From NCBI GenBank assembly GCA_963662285.2, contig CAXXMV010000008.1, positions 1,152,001 to 1,216,000 on the forward strand: DNA of 64,000 nucleotides, read 5' to 3'. Shown piece after piece: positions 12,185 to 20,335 of the stretch (within the stretch, counting starts at the first letter, position 1; each line of letters begins with the position of its first letter). The notes below the pieces were generated by a model. The model saw only the letters and a list, made by a program, of their open reading frames with translations, was not told the origin of the DNA and did not search any database. The translations under genes were made by a program, and so were the position numbers. The stretch comes from a bacterium. Lineage in GTDB: Bacteria; Hinthialibacterota; Hinthialibacteria; Hinthialibacterales; Hinthialibacteraceae.

Positions 12185-12198
12185 TCGCGAGACTTGGA

Positions 12199-12450
12199 AT
12201 GAAGGAGCGTGAATTCACATTTCGTGTTTTCGTCAGTTTGATCCCACGATTGCGGGACGATCTGAAGACCGAGCCAGATGCATTGCAGCGGGACGTGTTC
12301 CCTCGGCTGCGCGAGTACTGCCAGAAACACGGATGCCGGTTCCAGGCGATTGACCTGCGTTTCCGACATCGTACCGACCACGCAGTGTGTCGGGACTCCG
12401 CCGGACATAGGGCGTCAGCCAACGTTACGACTGGGTGTCCGAACCGCGCC
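12199..12450 (+). pseudogene. Second degenerate DUF4062 fragment
   Basis: MKEREFTFRVFVS..ALQRDVFPRLREYCQKHGCRFQAIDLR, later RYDWVSE in another frame. Confidence 0.7.
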
Positions 12451-12498
12451 ACTTCCGCGGAACAACCATTCAGATTGTGAACATAAGGATTTTTACCT

Positions 12499-12723
12499 AT
12501 GAATGATTCCAAACAACAGGCTCGCCTTCGCCCCGTCATTCGAGTGTTTGTCAGTTCAACGTTCAGCGACATGAAGCATGAGCGGAACGCTTTGGAGGCC
12601 GATGCCTTTCCGAAACTGGAGCAGCATTGTCAGCGCCAAGGGTTTCAGTTCCAGGCGATCGATCTGCGCTGGGGCGTCTCGACTGAAGTCGGCCTGGATC
12701 ACCGGACGATGCGGATCTGTTTT
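12499..12723 (+). pseudogene. 5' part of DUF4062 domain of NWD copy 3
   Basis: Near-identical to 3652-3876 up to ..HRTMRICF, then interrupted. Confidence 0.9.
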
Positions 12724-12827
12724 CCGTTTAGGGCAAATGTCCGGTAGTTAAAATTAGAAGGTGTCCCTTCCGAAAAACCATCCGATAACGGATGGAGAAG
12801 AAAAAAAACGGAAAGGAAGAGACACCC

Positions 12828-13700
12828 ATGATAAGTCCTACCCCAAACTCTCGTGAGAGTCAACAGGCTCGGCAGGAAAGTAAAACGCTAGCGCAGCAAC
12901 TGATCAATCGGGCGGTGGAAGGAACGGGGATGAGTCCCTGGGAAGCGGAAATCCTGGTGGACGTGGTTCAGGAGGTGTATTTTACCGAACCGGGAAATGC
13001 GCCCCTTCGTTCGGGTCAAATGCGCTACGACTGTGTGGCGGCGAACGAAGGAGTGGGCAAAGCGATCCGGGCGTGCCGGATGGTGAGCGTGGTCTTAACC
13101 CTGGTGGAAAAAGACGATTCGCAAGTAGTCGCCCAATTCAGCGTACAAGCCCTGCGCCAGGCGAGAATCCTGCGCCTTACGGAAGAAGCCTTCGAACAAG
13201 GAGGCGTGCTGACCCAGGAGGATTTGGCGCTGATTCTCAACAGCGACGTGCGCACCATTCGCCGGGATATTAGGGAACTGCGGGAGCGGAAAGGCATTCA
13301 CGCGCCCACCCGGGGCCAGGTGAAAGACATTGGCCCCGGCGTCACCCACAAAGAAGCGGCGCTCCAATTGTGGCTGGAAGGCCGCGAGCCGGTGGAGGTG
13401 GCCCGCCGCCTGAATCACACCCTGCACGCCGTGGAACGCTACATCCAGCATTTCAGCCGGGCGGCGTTTCTCCACCGCAAGGGATTCGCACCGCTGCAGA
13501 TTGCGCTGACGGTCGGTATTTCTTCGGCGGCGGCGCAGTTGTATCGGGACTTTTACGAACGATGCAAACGCAAGCGGGCGTATCAAGCGCGGTTGCGGGA
13601 GTTGGAGTGTATCGGCCTTCAGCACTATCAAGCGGAGGACGAGAAAAAAGGGGGACCTTTGCCCGGAAGGAATACGAAAAGCGGAAGGAGGCGGCCATGA
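12828..13700 (+). CDS. DUF1670-like protein A (HTH; candidate recombinase/transposase subunit)
   Basis: EAFEQGGVLTQEDLA..RTIRRDI..PTRGQVKDIGPGVTHK..NHTLHAVERY; purine-rich RBS before ATG 12828 (alternative start 12792). Confidence 0.8.
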   Translation: MISPTPNSRESQQARQESKTLAQQLINRAVEGTGMSPWEAEILVDVVQEVYFTEPGNAPLRSGQMRYDCVAANEGVGKAIRACRMVSVVLTLVEKDDSQVVAQFSVQALRQARILRLTEEAFEQGGVLTQEDLALILNSDVRTIRRDIRELRERKGIHAPTRGQVKDIGPGVTHKEAALQLWLEGREPVEVARRLNHTLHAVERYIQHFSRAAFLHRKGFAPLQIALTVGISSAAAQLYRDFYERCKRKRAYQARLRELECIGLQHYQAEDEKKGGPLPGRNTKSGRRRP

Positions 13701-14506
13701 AAACGCATCTCGATCACAACGCCGCCGCCTACGGCCCGGTGCAGTTCAAAACGTTCGCCGGGGCGTTGAACGCCTTCTTTCACCAGGAATGCCCTCAACT
13801 GGGCGGTCAGCGCACCCGACAGGTGCTGGTGCAGAGCGTCGTGGAGATGGTCGACCGATTCTATCCCGAAACCACGCACCTGCGTCCCGGTCAGATCGTT
13901 TGGACCACGGTGGATAAAAACGAGAAGGGCTCCTACGGCAAGAAGATTACTCAGAGCGAACTCACCAGCGTGGTGTTGGATCTGGTGCGGCCCGAAGACG
14001 CGGTGGAACGGGCCCGGGGCAAGCGCTTGCGGGACATAAAACGGGAAGCGGCGGCGCGCTTGTTCACGCAGGCGTACGAGCAGAACGGCTGCATGACCAA
14101 TGCCGAGGTGGCCATTCTCCTGAAAATCTCAGCGGCGACCGTGGGCAAATACATTCAGCAATGGGAAACGGAACACGACCGGTTGTTGCCCCGCCGGGGA
14201 ACGATTCACGATCTCGGTCCCACCCTGACCCACAAGAAAGTCATCATTCAAAAACTCTTTTTGGAAGGCAAGTCGGTGGGACAGGTGCAGAGGGAAACCT
14301 ATCATAGTCCGGAAGCCATTCATCGCTATATCCAGACATTTCGACAAGTCCTCTTATGTCGCCAGAAAGGATTCTCGAATGAAGAAATCTCCTTCGCCCT
14401 CAAAATCAGCAAGCGGTTGGCAGTCGAGTACCAATCTCTGATGGATGAGATGATCCATGAATATCAGTCTCTGGAATATCTCCTGAACCTTGATATTCCT
14501 GCGTAA
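13697..14506 (+). CDS. DUF1670-like protein B
   Basis: QAYEQNGCMTNAEVA..LPRRGTIHDLGPTLTHK..YHSPEAIHRY; ATGA overlap with gene A, RBS AGGAGG. Confidence 0.8.
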   Translation: MKTHLDHNAAAYGPVQFKTFAGALNAFFHQECPQLGGQRTRQVLVQSVVEMVDRFYPETTHLRPGQIVWTTVDKNEKGSYGKKITQSELTSVVLDLVRPEDAVERARGKRLRDIKREAAARLFTQAYEQNGCMTNAEVAILLKISAATVGKYIQQWETEHDRLLPRRGTIHDLGPTLTHKKVIIQKLFLEGKSVGQVQRETYHSPEAIHRYIQTFRQVLLCRQKGFSNEEISFALKISKRLAVEYQSLMDEMIHEYQSLEYLLNLDIPA

Positions 14507-14571
14507 TCTTGATATTCAATTGATGATTCGATGGAAGAGGACACCTTGCACGCACCGGACATAAACCCTTA

Positions 14572-14820
14572 TTTGACAAACTGCGGCGAGCGCAGGAGAT
14601 CTCTCCCAAGCCCAATTTTCTCATCCTGCTGGGCAACCGCTATGGCTGGCGGCCCCTGCCTGAAGAGATTTCCGTGGAGGAGTTCCGCACACTGGAGCAT
14701 GCCGCCGCGCAGATACCCGGCGGTGCCGACAAGTCAGCGGTCTCGGTTCTGTGGGAATGGTATCGTGAGGATACGAACGCCGTTCCGCCCGTCTATCCTA
14801 CCGCTCAGTCGATTGAGTAA
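14572..14820 (+). pseudogene. Continuation of NWD copy 3 DUF4062 region, truncated
   Basis: FDKLRRAQEISPKPNFLILLGNRYGWRPLPEEIS..WEWYREDTNAVPPVY, then homology is lost and a stop follows; no NACHT/WD40 downstream. Confidence 0.85.
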
Positions 14821-14859
14821 CGTAGTGACGCCCGTCCGGCAATGATTTACGCCTGCGGC

Positions 14860-15058
14860 TTCCGGACAAGCACCCGGAAGCCATCACCAGCCGTCCCTTG
14901 CTCCTCTATGGGGTTGCCAAACAGATCCATCACAGCGGTCAATCCACACTGACAATCACAAGTTCTCATAGACAGAGCGATATTATTCAGAAAATTTGGA
15001 GATCCTTGGCGGCTTTTCTTGCTTATCTGAAACGGAATGCGGAGCAGTTGGGGTGGGA
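14860..15058 (+). pseudogene. Transposase C-terminal remnant (IS1380-like)
   Basis: PDKHPEAITSRPLLLYGVAKQIHHSGQSTLTITSSH..LKRNAEQL resembles IS1380-family C-termini as recalled, not searched. Confidence 0.55.
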
Positions 15059-15107
15059 TGCTGATTCCGGTGAAAACGAACGGGGATTCCGGGAAGGAAA
15101 CGATCGC
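15059..15107 (+). repeat. Solo IS21-like terminal repeat
   Basis: TGCTGATTCCGGTGAAAACGAACGGGGATTCCGG: TG start and repeated GATTCCGG; sits where the transposase remnant stops. Confidence 0.45.
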
Positions 15108-15172
15108 TTGTGTACGCGCCGCTCAGAAATTGACAACTGCCTGATGATGTTCTCAATTGGACAGAGCATGAG

Positions 15173-15487
15173 GTGGCGCGCTGGGCCAATGATGTCGTCG
15201 GAGGATGGCCGGGCACTTGGTTCTGGATACGAATGTTCTCACAAGGGCTTCCACCGGATCTCAAATGCAAGCGTTGTGACTACGAAGAAATAGCAAACTC
15301 CAATACCTTGCCACCTCCAGCGCAGTGTCCGCAATGTGGCTTCGCCACCAACGAAAACGAGGAACGAGAGTTTTGTGCAATTCTATTTTCTACGGGCCAT
15401 CTATTTGACTTCTTAATACGCGCGAGGTTTTGCACTCGTGAGCGTCTCGGTGGTATGTTACGATACTATTACCGCAACGCAGCTTAA
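15173..15487 (+). CDS. Possible small zinc-ribbon protein or fragment
   Basis: CKRC..CPQCG pair. Confidence 0.3.
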   Translation: MARWANDVVGGWPGTWFWIRMFSQGLPPDLKCKRCDYEEIANSNTLPPPAQCPQCGFATNENEEREFCAILFSTGHLFDFLIRARFCTRERLGGMLRYYYRNAA

Positions 15488-15820
15488 TGCACTTTACTTC
15501 AGGTAAACCATTCAAAAAGTATATCCCAAACCTCAGATTGTTGACTTTTCACGACTGGAACATAACAAAACTGTACAAGACTGAATCACAAACGATCGAG
15601 ATTCCTGCTAAATGCTGACCTCAAGTTACTATTCTTCAAGAACTTGATTGTCATTCGAGTTTTTTGCCCCACGGGCGGGAGAGTCCCAGCGATTCCGCCA
15701 TCCGCCAAACGGCCGCCGCCGCTCCGTATTCGCGGGAGCGCTCGATGCGGAATCCGGCCGGTACGGTTGAGGGGCATCCCTGCTTGATAAACTCGCGCAG
15801 AGATACCAGTTGGGCGTGAG

Positions 15821-17209
15821 TCAGTCCGGTGATCCGTCCACGGGTGCGGTGACGGACCCGTCCGTCCTGGCGGGAGGTTTCCCGGAAGAGCCCGTAGGAA
15901 TCCTATGGTATTCAATCTCTTCCAGCACTTCCTTTGCATAGACCTTGTTGAATTCCACAAAACCTCCATTTTCACATTTAATATGCATATCCGGCAGACG
16001 AACTCTAAGCCCAATGTCGGCGGGAAGGATGGGTATGCCATCAGGTGTTGGACTTTGCGGTGGTTTTCCATCTACCTCAACGGCTGCATAGTATGGCAAG
16101 CCTTTCATCCTCGGATCGTCTACCACTCGCTGCACAAAGGCAGTGCGTCCATTGGTGCCGATACGACCGAACTCGTACCCCCACTCGGTTAATATGACGA
16201 GTTCTGGCTTATTCTTTAAATTCGAAAGGATTTCTACTGTCCCTTGTAAGCCGAGATGCCCCCCAGGGCTGTAGCGTTTCGCTCCTTTCTTCTCGAGTCC
16301 CCCAATGTGCAAAACCAGCAGATTGGAATTTTCGTAGAACGATGCAAGATAAGCTCCATTAAGATCGTCTTCCTTGCCAGCATTGATAGCCGTGTCGCCA
16401 GAGATAACAATCGCCGGTAGTTTATGCGAAGGAGTCTGAACCTCGGACGTCTCGGTTTTGGGATTCATAAGTTCGATTCGCATCCCAAATGCCGTCATTG
16501 CTCCCAAGAGTTCCTTGTGATAAGCCGGTAGTACTTTGAGAGTATAACTATATTTTTTGTTAACAGAATCGGTTGCCGCCGTGCGAAAAGCGAGAAGAAA
16601 CGGTTCCCGATCAAGAATCGTTTTTTCGCTTTTTTCAAGAAACGATGGAATATCCTGACGAACCTTGATTTCCTCTGAACCGTTTGGCAATACCCGTCGC
16701 CAAAAGAAAAAAGGGGCATTGTCGGGATGTTCCAACATCGACGCATACATGTCCGCCACGCCATAACTGACGATCATGTCCCATACTTTTGGCGTCTCCG
16801 GCGGCTTCCGGATTTTGACGCGCCAGCCGTTATACTGACGAAACAAGGAGATCAACGAAGCAAGGTCGTGACAATGATCCAAGTGATCGTGCGTAACGAT
16901 GACCATGTCGATATGGCCCAGGTTATAACGCGTTTCGCTTTGGAACAGTTTCAGAAAGCCACAACCAGGATCGATGACAGTCCCCTTACCACCCCACTGA
17001 AGGAAATACCCACCCCCCATAATGTTATAAAGGGTTGGAGTATGCGAATTCCAGCGCCGCAAAATTCGTAGTTCTCCCTGTCCTTCCCCAATACCGTCCT
17101 TCGCATTATCAGGTTCACGCCAAAAAACATCAGGCCCTTTCGATATCTCCTCGCCCTCTCGAACCAGTTCCAGTATCTCTTCCAGGCTCAGATGAAGGCC
17201 ATTACTCAT
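15821..17209 (-). CDS. MBL-fold metallo-hydrolase
   Basis: LRRWNSHTP, GGGYF, VIDPG, THDHLDHCHD (HxHxDH), ISGDT, GHLG. Confidence 0.88.
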   Translation of the reverse strand: MSNGLHLSLEEILELVREGEEISKGPDVFWREPDNAKDGIGEGQGELRILRRWNSHTPTLYNIMGGGYFLQWGGKGTVIDPGCGFLKLFQSETRYNLGHIDMVIVTHDHLDHCHDLASLISLFRQYNGWRVKIRKPPETPKVWDMIVSYGVADMYASMLEHPDNAPFFFWRRVLPNGSEEIKVRQDIPSFLEKSEKTILDREPFLLAFRTAATDSVNKKYSYTLKVLPAYHKELLGAMTAFGMRIELMNPKTETSEVQTPSHKLPAIVISGDTAINAGKEDDLNGAYLASFYENSNLLVLHIGGLEKKGAKRYSPGGHLGLQGTVEILSNLKNKPELVILTEWGYEFGRIGTNGRTAFVQRVVDDPRMKGLPYYAAVEVDGKPPQSPTPDGIPILPADIGLRVRLPDMHIKCENGGFVEFNKVYAKEVLEEIEYHRIPTGSSGKPPARTDGSVTAPVDGSPD

Positions 17210-17760
17210 CTACGGCCTCCTCTCTGACGAATCTGAGCCAGTTCTTTATCTACATTTATGATTTCATCATGAATCCTCTGATATGTTTCCAGCATACTGT
17301 TTGACTGCTTTTCAAGAATCTGCAATGATTCTTGGATCTTTTCGGTGGATTGAGTAATCTTGCGGATGTCCTCAGTCGTTGATTTAGCTCGCTCTATAAT
17401 ATCCAGGAGCAGGGTGATATCAGACTCCTTCTCCAGGTAATACGATGCTCCGGCAGCCATGCACTTCATGGCATTCTTATATTCGTCATTCCCTGTATAG
17501 ACGATAGACACAATAGTTGGGTATTTCGATGTTAGAAGTTTGATAATCCGCAGCCCTGATTCATTTATGGAGAGTTCCCTCTGTTTGGCGGGAAATATCA
17601 TGTCTACAATCGCAATGGAAATATCGTCTCCATGATCGGACAGAACCTTCTCCGTTTCCTCTTCATCCACTGCAGACAATACTTCGTAACCCTTTTGACT
17701 AAGTATTTTGCGCAATGCATTCGAGAGGTCTACGTCATCCTCAACGATCAAAATCCTCAT
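17206..17760 (-). CDS. Response regulator receiver protein with coiled-coil tail
   Basis: MRILIVEDD, AIVDM, IVYTG, YLEK; no DNA-binding output domain; start taken at 17760. Confidence 0.88.
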   Translation of the reverse strand: MRILIVEDDVDLSNALRKILSQKGYEVLSAVDEEETEKVLSDHGDDISIAIVDMIFPAKQRELSINESGLRIIKLLTSKYPTIVSIVYTGNDEYKNAMKCMAAGASYYLEKESDITLLLDIIERAKSTTEDIRKITQSTEKIQESLQILEKQSNSMLETYQRIHDEIINVDKELAQIRQRGGRR

Positions 17761-20335
17761 GATAGCACGTTTCCTTTTCTGCGTAGTATGGGAAAACCAG
17801 TGTAAATCGGGCACCTTGTTCGTAGGTATTATCGTAGTACACATTTCCTTGAGCGGAGAGTGCAAACACGCGGCAATGTATCAAGCCCATGCCTAGCCCT
17901 GTATTTTTACTGCTGCTCATCTTCTTGAAAAGACGGGGTTTCATATCGCTTGAAACACCTGGGCCATTGTCCTCAATATCGAAAGCCAGACCTGGGAGAG
18001 CCGATTCAATCATTCGGTTCTCTTTATCAGTAGCGAATCGCACAACAATCCTAATCCGTTTGTCTCCTTCATTCTCCTTTACAGCATCCATTGCGTTATC
18101 GAGAAGTACTTCCAGGCAGAGTTTCAGACCCGCCTTATCGATAGATACTATTTTCAGCGTTTCCACATACTCGAGATTGACCTTTACACCTTTGACGGGT
18201 GTAACAATTTCCGTTACGATCTCCTTCAGGTAGTCTGAAAGGGAAATAATTTCTTTACGGGATTCCGTCGGACGTTTGAGATTAAGCACGTCATCACGAA
18301 TGCGGCTGATCTTTAATAATTGGTTTTTGATGCCATCAATCAGATCCTGCATGTCCGGTAAAAGTTTGCCTTGATCCTTCAGTTGGGTTTCGAGCATCGT
18401 CAGAACGATCCCAGCAGTAGCAAGTGGCGTTTTTATATTATGTAGTACAAGTCCCAGGATATCTGATAGCGCATCGGATTCCGCTTTCTCGATACTTTTC
18501 TGTTCAACAATATAGTCGTGTAGGGCCATCGTGGCGCGTTTGGCTAAGTCGCGAATAACAGCGATCTTTCTCTCGTCACGATAGTTGGTGGTAATTTTGC
18601 TGTGTAAGCCAAGCACACCGATACAGACGCCATCCAGGATTAAAGGTTCGTAACAGAGAGCGTTTGCGTCCTTAAGAACCTCACGAGATTCTTCGCTCAG
18701 TTTCTCGCGGAATGTCTTAATGATATTTTCATTAACAACGATATCCACCAACGTTTCCGCTCGTGCTGTAATCGTTCGACAAGACCAGGATTGTTCATAA
18801 GAAAGTTGGTATTCGTTATTTACCACATTTTCGTATGCACAAAGATTTGGTATCTTCAGTCGGATGAGTTTGGCATTAGAGCCGTCCACGTATCGTATTA
18901 CATACTGCTGGCTGTCGGTAAGTTCGCACACCTGCTTTACGATAATTTGGAGTTGACTCTCAGGAGTGGTCTGGGTTTGCAATGACTGCTCGATTTTAGA
19001 AACTTGCGCTGAGGCCAATACGATATGTTCTGGAATTCTCGCACGATCGTCTTGGGTGGCGCGAAGAACCTCATGCGCGTAGGGCTTAAGAAGCGCGGCG
19101 GTATCTAGTTTAATTTTATCGCAGCCCACTTCGAGGAGCGCGATCGTCCGATTGTTTTCGATAATCGGGATATAGATATAAGGTAATCTATCCAGGCCGG
19201 GCAAAACCAAGTCGTAACCAGTTGGTTTTATGAAACTGTATCCATATCCCGTCTCCCGAGCATTGATCTCCGCTTCCAACAAGTTTAATGGATCAAACGC
19301 ATGAATATTAACTGTAATGTCCAGCTTCGGTGGAACTCGTATGCCAGCTGCTGCCTTCAGGATGAACGTCTCGTTGCTGGTACTGGGATCTCTCTGATAT
19401 ACTCGACAGTATTGAAAGAGGTGTGCTTCAGTATACTTTTCCAAGGTAATCCCAAGCGTAGCTTCCGCGATAATTTGAAGACGCTTCGATAAAGGTATCG
19501 CCTTTAGTTCCAGACTGTCCGTAAGATCCTGAACGGATTCCATGACTGCCAGAGGTCTGCCATCCGGTGTCTTAACGATTTCGCCAGCCGCATTCGTCAC
19601 GGGTTGCGCCCATACTTTCAAGAAAAAGACTCGCTCCTTATCGCGAAATGGAAGAGGTCTAAGAAAGATTTTTTCATGAGATATTCCATGAGTCAGAGAA
19701 AGATTAACTAAACATCCAGGGCAAGGACAGTATGGGTAGTCATGCCAGTGCGAACAGGGCTTTTTGGGAAGGTCTGGCCCGATCAAGCCAATAATCTCCC
19801 GCATTCGCTCATTCATAAACCAGACCTTAAAATGCCGGTCAATGATGTCCATCCCAATATTGAGTTGCGTCAGAAGGGACGGAGCGGCGGCGCGGGCTTC
19901 GAAAAAGTTCGATATCCAATCGCGTAAACTGGTCAGTTGTTCGATTTCTGATACGAAATCATGAATATCCTTCTTTCGATCCTTTTGATAAACATTCCAT
20001 TCCAGATAACGATACGCCCCAGCCTCAAGAGCCTTAAACTTACACTCAATAATCTCTGGAGAGGTATCTACAGGCACATTCGAGAAAATGACCGGGTAGA
20101 TTCGCGGGGCGATATTGACAAGTTTTTCTGTCGTTTCAATGCCGTTTAGACCTTTGCCCAGTTGATGATCCACAACAGCGAACTGGAAGCGGGAGGGATC
20201 CTCAGAAAGAATCTTTATCGCCTCCTCGCCGGTCTCCGCCCCAACAACTGTTCCATAGTCGGCGCGCAGTTCCTCCTCCAAGTGTTCCCGGTAGTCGCAA
20301 TCATCGTCGATAAGGAGGATGCCTTGCTTTTTCAT
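17741..20335 (-). CDS. Hybrid histidine kinase REC-PAS-GAF-HisKA-HATPase
   Basis: LLIDDD..VVDHQL; Cys-rich PAS-like segment CSHW..CPCPGC; HNIKTPL, LDNAMDA, EDNGPG, GLGMGL; RBS GGAGGTG before 20335. Confidence 0.88.
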   Translation of the reverse strand: MKKQGILLIDDDCDYREHLEEELRADYGTVVGAETGEEAIKILSEDPSRFQFAVVDHQLGKGLNGIETTEKLVNIAPRIYPVIFSNVPVDTSPEIIECKFKALEAGAYRYLEWNVYQKDRKKDIHDFVSEIEQLTSLRDWISNFFEARAAAPSLLTQLNIGMDIIDRHFKVWFMNERMREIIGLIGPDLPKKPCSHWHDYPYCPCPGCLVNLSLTHGISHEKIFLRPLPFRDKERVFFLKVWAQPVTNAAGEIVKTPDGRPLAVMESVQDLTDSLELKAIPLSKRLQIIAEATLGITLEKYTEAHLFQYCRVYQRDPSTSNETFILKAAAGIRVPPKLDITVNIHAFDPLNLLEAEINARETGYGYSFIKPTGYDLVLPGLDRLPYIYIPIIENNRTIALLEVGCDKIKLDTAALLKPYAHEVLRATQDDRARIPEHIVLASAQVSKIEQSLQTQTTPESQLQIIVKQVCELTDSQQYVIRYVDGSNAKLIRLKIPNLCAYENVVNNEYQLSYEQSWSCRTITARAETLVDIVVNENIIKTFREKLSEESREVLKDANALCYEPLILDGVCIGVLGLHSKITTNYRDERKIAVIRDLAKRATMALHDYIVEQKSIEKAESDALSDILGLVLHNIKTPLATAGIVLTMLETQLKDQGKLLPDMQDLIDGIKNQLLKISRIRDDVLNLKRPTESRKEIISLSDYLKEIVTEIVTPVKGVKVNLEYVETLKIVSIDKAGLKLCLEVLLDNAMDAVKENEGDKRIRIVVRFATDKENRMIESALPGLAFDIEDNGPGVSSDMKPRLFKKMSSSKNTGLGMGLIHCRVFALSAQGNVYYDNTYEQGARFTLVFPYYAEKETCYHEDFDR

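Larger units (their letters stand above)
12724..14571 (+). mobile_element. Putative IS-like element carrying two DUF1670-type genes
   Basis: Interrupts a DUF4062 ORF that rejoins in frame; TTT on both flanks; imperfect inverted ends TTAGGGCAAATGTCCGGT..AAGGTGTCCCTTCC vs GGAAGAGGACACCTT..ACCGGACATAAACCCTTA; GC-richer than flanks. Confidence 0.85.

Noticed and set aside
13370-13696. N-terminal extension of the 378-aa ORF
   Set aside because: Overlaps gene A in another frame; the RBS and ATGA coupling point to a start at 13697
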